Of a stretch of 64,000 nt of DNA, positions 62,365-64,000 are shown piece after piece. The stretch covers positions 22,217 through 86,216 of the forward strand of contig JACNJL010000018.1 of NCBI GenBank assembly GCA_014382585.1. Reading direction: 5' to 3'. The DNA is from Limisphaerales bacterium (lineage in GTDB: Bacteria > Verrucomicrobiota > Verrucomicrobiia > Limisphaerales > UBA1100). Under the pieces are notes generated by a model that was not told where the DNA came from, ran no database searches, and saw nothing but the letters and a program-made list of their open reading frames with translations. Position 1 is the stretch's first letter. Every line of letters starts with the position of its first letter. The translations under genes were made by a program, and so were the position numbers.

Positions 62365-63937
62365 ATTCTGTCAATACACGCTGGCATTGATGCTGGGGGC
62401 TTTGTCCTCCACGGCGGCGCAGCCCAAGGCTCCGGTTGAGGACGAAAAACCGACCCGTGATCTCACTCCGGCGCGTTCGAGTGTTCCGTCGGTGCAAAAA
62501 CTTGCGGTGCGAATGGAGCGGGTTGAAAAATTAAATCTGCTGAATGGAGATACATTCAGCGGGAAGTTTTTGGGCATGGAAAATGGAACGGTTCGCTGGC
62601 AGCATCCCTCGGCAAGCTTGGTGATTCCTTTCAAAGCGACAGATGTTGCCGGTTTAACTATTACCCAAAAGAAACAACCGCAAGGGATGGCGCAGCATAA
62701 TAGTGCGGTTAATCTGGTCAACGGCGATCGATTGCTGGGCGATTTGGTCGAGCTCACTCCTGAGGTTTTGGTGTTGGATACATGGTACGCCGGCAAATTG
62801 AAATTGCCGCGCTCATCCGTCCTGGAGTTGAATCCGGTGTTACTGGGTTCACGGGTTGTATTCGAAAGTCGCGAAGGCGACGACTCCGGTTGGTTACACG
62901 GCAATTACAACCAGGGAATTCCACCAAAAGCCAAGGGACCCGTGGGTGCGGGACCACAGAAAGCACAACAGGTGGCAGAAAAAATACTTGCTCGAAAAAT
63001 TGTCCCGCAAATTGTTGTGAATGGCAGAGCTCAGCCTCAACAGAAAAACCTTTTTTGGAAATTTGACGGTTCAGGTTTTACCAGTAGCGCCAGCGGCGCG
63101 GTGGTCGCCAGAGCTGACATCGCTTATCCGGATAAATTCGAACTCGCATTTGACCTCCAATGGGCAGGGGGTACTAGTTGTTATTTCAACACGGCCATTC
63201 TAGCCTCCAACATCAAAGAAAATTATTCAGGTGATCATTATCGGCTGCAGGTAAGTTCAGGTTATTTTTATTTTTATCGACGCACCAAAAATGGGAATCA
63301 GGTGCAAATGGGGCGCGCGGAATTACGCCAACAATTGAGCGGCAAATCTCGGGTGCGCGTGGCACTGCTTGTCGATCGATTGACGCGCGAAATCACTCTG
63401 ATGATTGACGGTAAAGTGATTAACACCTATCGCGATGGCAACAACGACCCCGTGCCGGCTTCCGGTGGATTATCATTTCAATCTAACAACACGTATCCAT
63501 TGCGAATTAGCAAAATCAGAGTGGCTGAATGGAACGGGAAGTTGCCCGGGAATGAAGCCAAATCGGATGGTGTGGAGGATTTTATTTTCTTTAAAAACAA
63601 AGATCACATTAAAGGGAAAGTGAAATTCATCAAAGACGGTAAAATAATGGTTAACAGCACCTCTTTCGGTGAAGTGCCTGTCCCTTTAACAAAAGTAGCC
63701 CGTATGCAGTTGGCCAACCCCAAAAAAGAGGGAGAGCCCAAAGCCGGTGAAACAAAAGCTTCCTTAATTCAGGGCGGACAGGTTTCCGGGCAGTTTGAAA
63801 AATGGACGGATGATAAAGTGCGCCTGATGCATCCTTATTTGGGCGCAGTAGAATTTCATCCTGCTATATTTGAGTCGCTGGAAATGAATCGTGATCAACC
63901 GCGACCACAAAAACATCAGGGTTTCTTTTCAAAATGA
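62354..63937 (+). CDS. Secreted protein: four ~42-aa beta-repeat modules flanking a LamG/DUF1080-like domain (tentative)
   Basis: The signal peptide MNVKFCQYTLALMLGALSSTAAQ (ATG at 62354, overlapping the previous gene by 11 nt). The repeats are LLNGDTFSGKFLGMENGTVRW, LVNGDRLLGDLVELTPEVLVL, FKNKDHIKGKVKFIKDGKIMV and LIQGGQVSGQFEKWTDDKVRL. The central FELAFDLQWAGG ... GGLSFQSNNTYPLRISKIRVAEW resembles concanavalin-like DUF1080 proteins. Confidence 0.45.
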   Translation: MNVKFCQYTLALMLGALSSTAAQPKAPVEDEKPTRDLTPARSSVPSVQKLAVRMERVEKLNLLNGDTFSGKFLGMENGTVRWQHPSASLVIPFKATDVAGLTITQKKQPQGMAQHNSAVNLVNGDRLLGDLVELTPEVLVLDTWYAGKLKLPRSSVLELNPVLLGSRVVFESREGDDSGWLHGNYNQGIPPKAKGPVGAGPQKAQQVAEKILARKIVPQIVVNGRAQPQQKNLFWKFDGSGFTSSASGAVVARADIAYPDKFELAFDLQWAGGTSCYFNTAILASNIKENYSGDHYRLQVSSGYFYFYRRTKNGNQVQMGRAELRQQLSGKSRVRVALLVDRLTREITLMIDGKVINTYRDGNNDPVPASGGLSFQSNNTYPLRISKIRVAEWNGKLPGNEAKSDGVEDFIFFKNKDHIKGKVKFIKDGKIMVNSTSFGEVPVPLTKVARMQLANPKKEGEPKAGETKASLIQGGQVSGQFEKWTDDKVRLMHPYLGAVEFHPAIFESLEMNRDQPRPQKHQGFFSK

Positions 63938-64000
63938 AAATGCGAATGCTTATCATCACGGCGACGATGGTTCTGCTTGCAGAATCGATTTTTGCCGAAA
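63934..64000 (+). CDS. Partial secreted hypothetical protein; the operon continues beyond the window
   Basis: The ATG at 63934 sits in an ATGA overlap with the preceding stop. My own translation reads MKMRMLIITATMVLLAESIFAE..., which looks like a signal peptide, and runs off the window. Confidence 0.4.
   Translation, partial: MKMRMLIITATMVLLAESIFAE

Noticed and set aside
1-64000. Search for CRISPR arrays, transposases, integrases, phage genes, toxin-antitoxin pairs or known defence-system signatures
   Set aside because: I could find no spaced direct-repeat arrays, no recombinase or transposase-like ORFs, and no reverse transcriptase or nuclease-NTPase pairs. Both tRNA genes lack adjacent integrase remnants or obvious att-like duplications.

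Overview
This is a dense, mostly G+C-rich bacterial chromosomal window. The domain repertoire suggests a PVC-group organism (Verrucomicrobiota or Planctomycetota-like): planctomycete-type cytochrome c domains, DUF3500, DUF1080-like, PA14, Sel1 repeats and a Bat-like MoxR operon. That assignment is an inference and was not checked against any database. About 1-45 kb is largely housekeeping. It holds an SLC13 permease, glutamate dehydrogenase, sugar and mannose metabolism genes, an isolated nuoA, an aquaporin and tRNA-Pro(CGG). It also holds yicC-gmk-coaC, a sigma-54 two-component pair followed by a squalene-synthase-like gene, and a long co-directional dapF-dapA-dapB-folK-NRAMP-panB-moaC-mog-psd run. 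Esterases, mtnP, glgC, Sel1 proteins, miaE and tRNA-Leu(GAG) complete this part. The last ~20 kb is the unusual part. It starts with a TPR / small secreted protein / double-PA14 module. Next comes a 2029-aa alpha-2-macroglobulin-family gene with no CxEQ thioester motif. Diverging from that gene is a run of at least 8 tightly coupled genes that leaves the window: MoxR AAA+, DUF58, two large double-TM proteins with MIDAS-like motifs, a 1125-aa membrane-anchored coiled-coil protein, a secreted prenyltransferase/terpene-cyclase-repeat protein, a LamG-like repeat protein and one more secreted protein. This Bat-like but non-canonical envelope operon, its A2M neighbour and the repeat-dense intergenic region between them are my best candidate for an undescribed system. 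Smaller oddities include tandem GYF-TM-CxxCH paralogs, a perfect 24-bp inverted repeat that gives the divergent cupin and miaE genes identical leaders, a Sel1-repeat/serine-protease fusion, and an aquaporin with a long loop insertion. I saw no CRISPR arrays, transposases, integrases or rRNA genes. The ORF track allows GTG/TTG starts, so many track ORFs are over-extended at the 5' end. I trimmed starts where signal peptides, family N-termini or ribosome-binding sites supported it.
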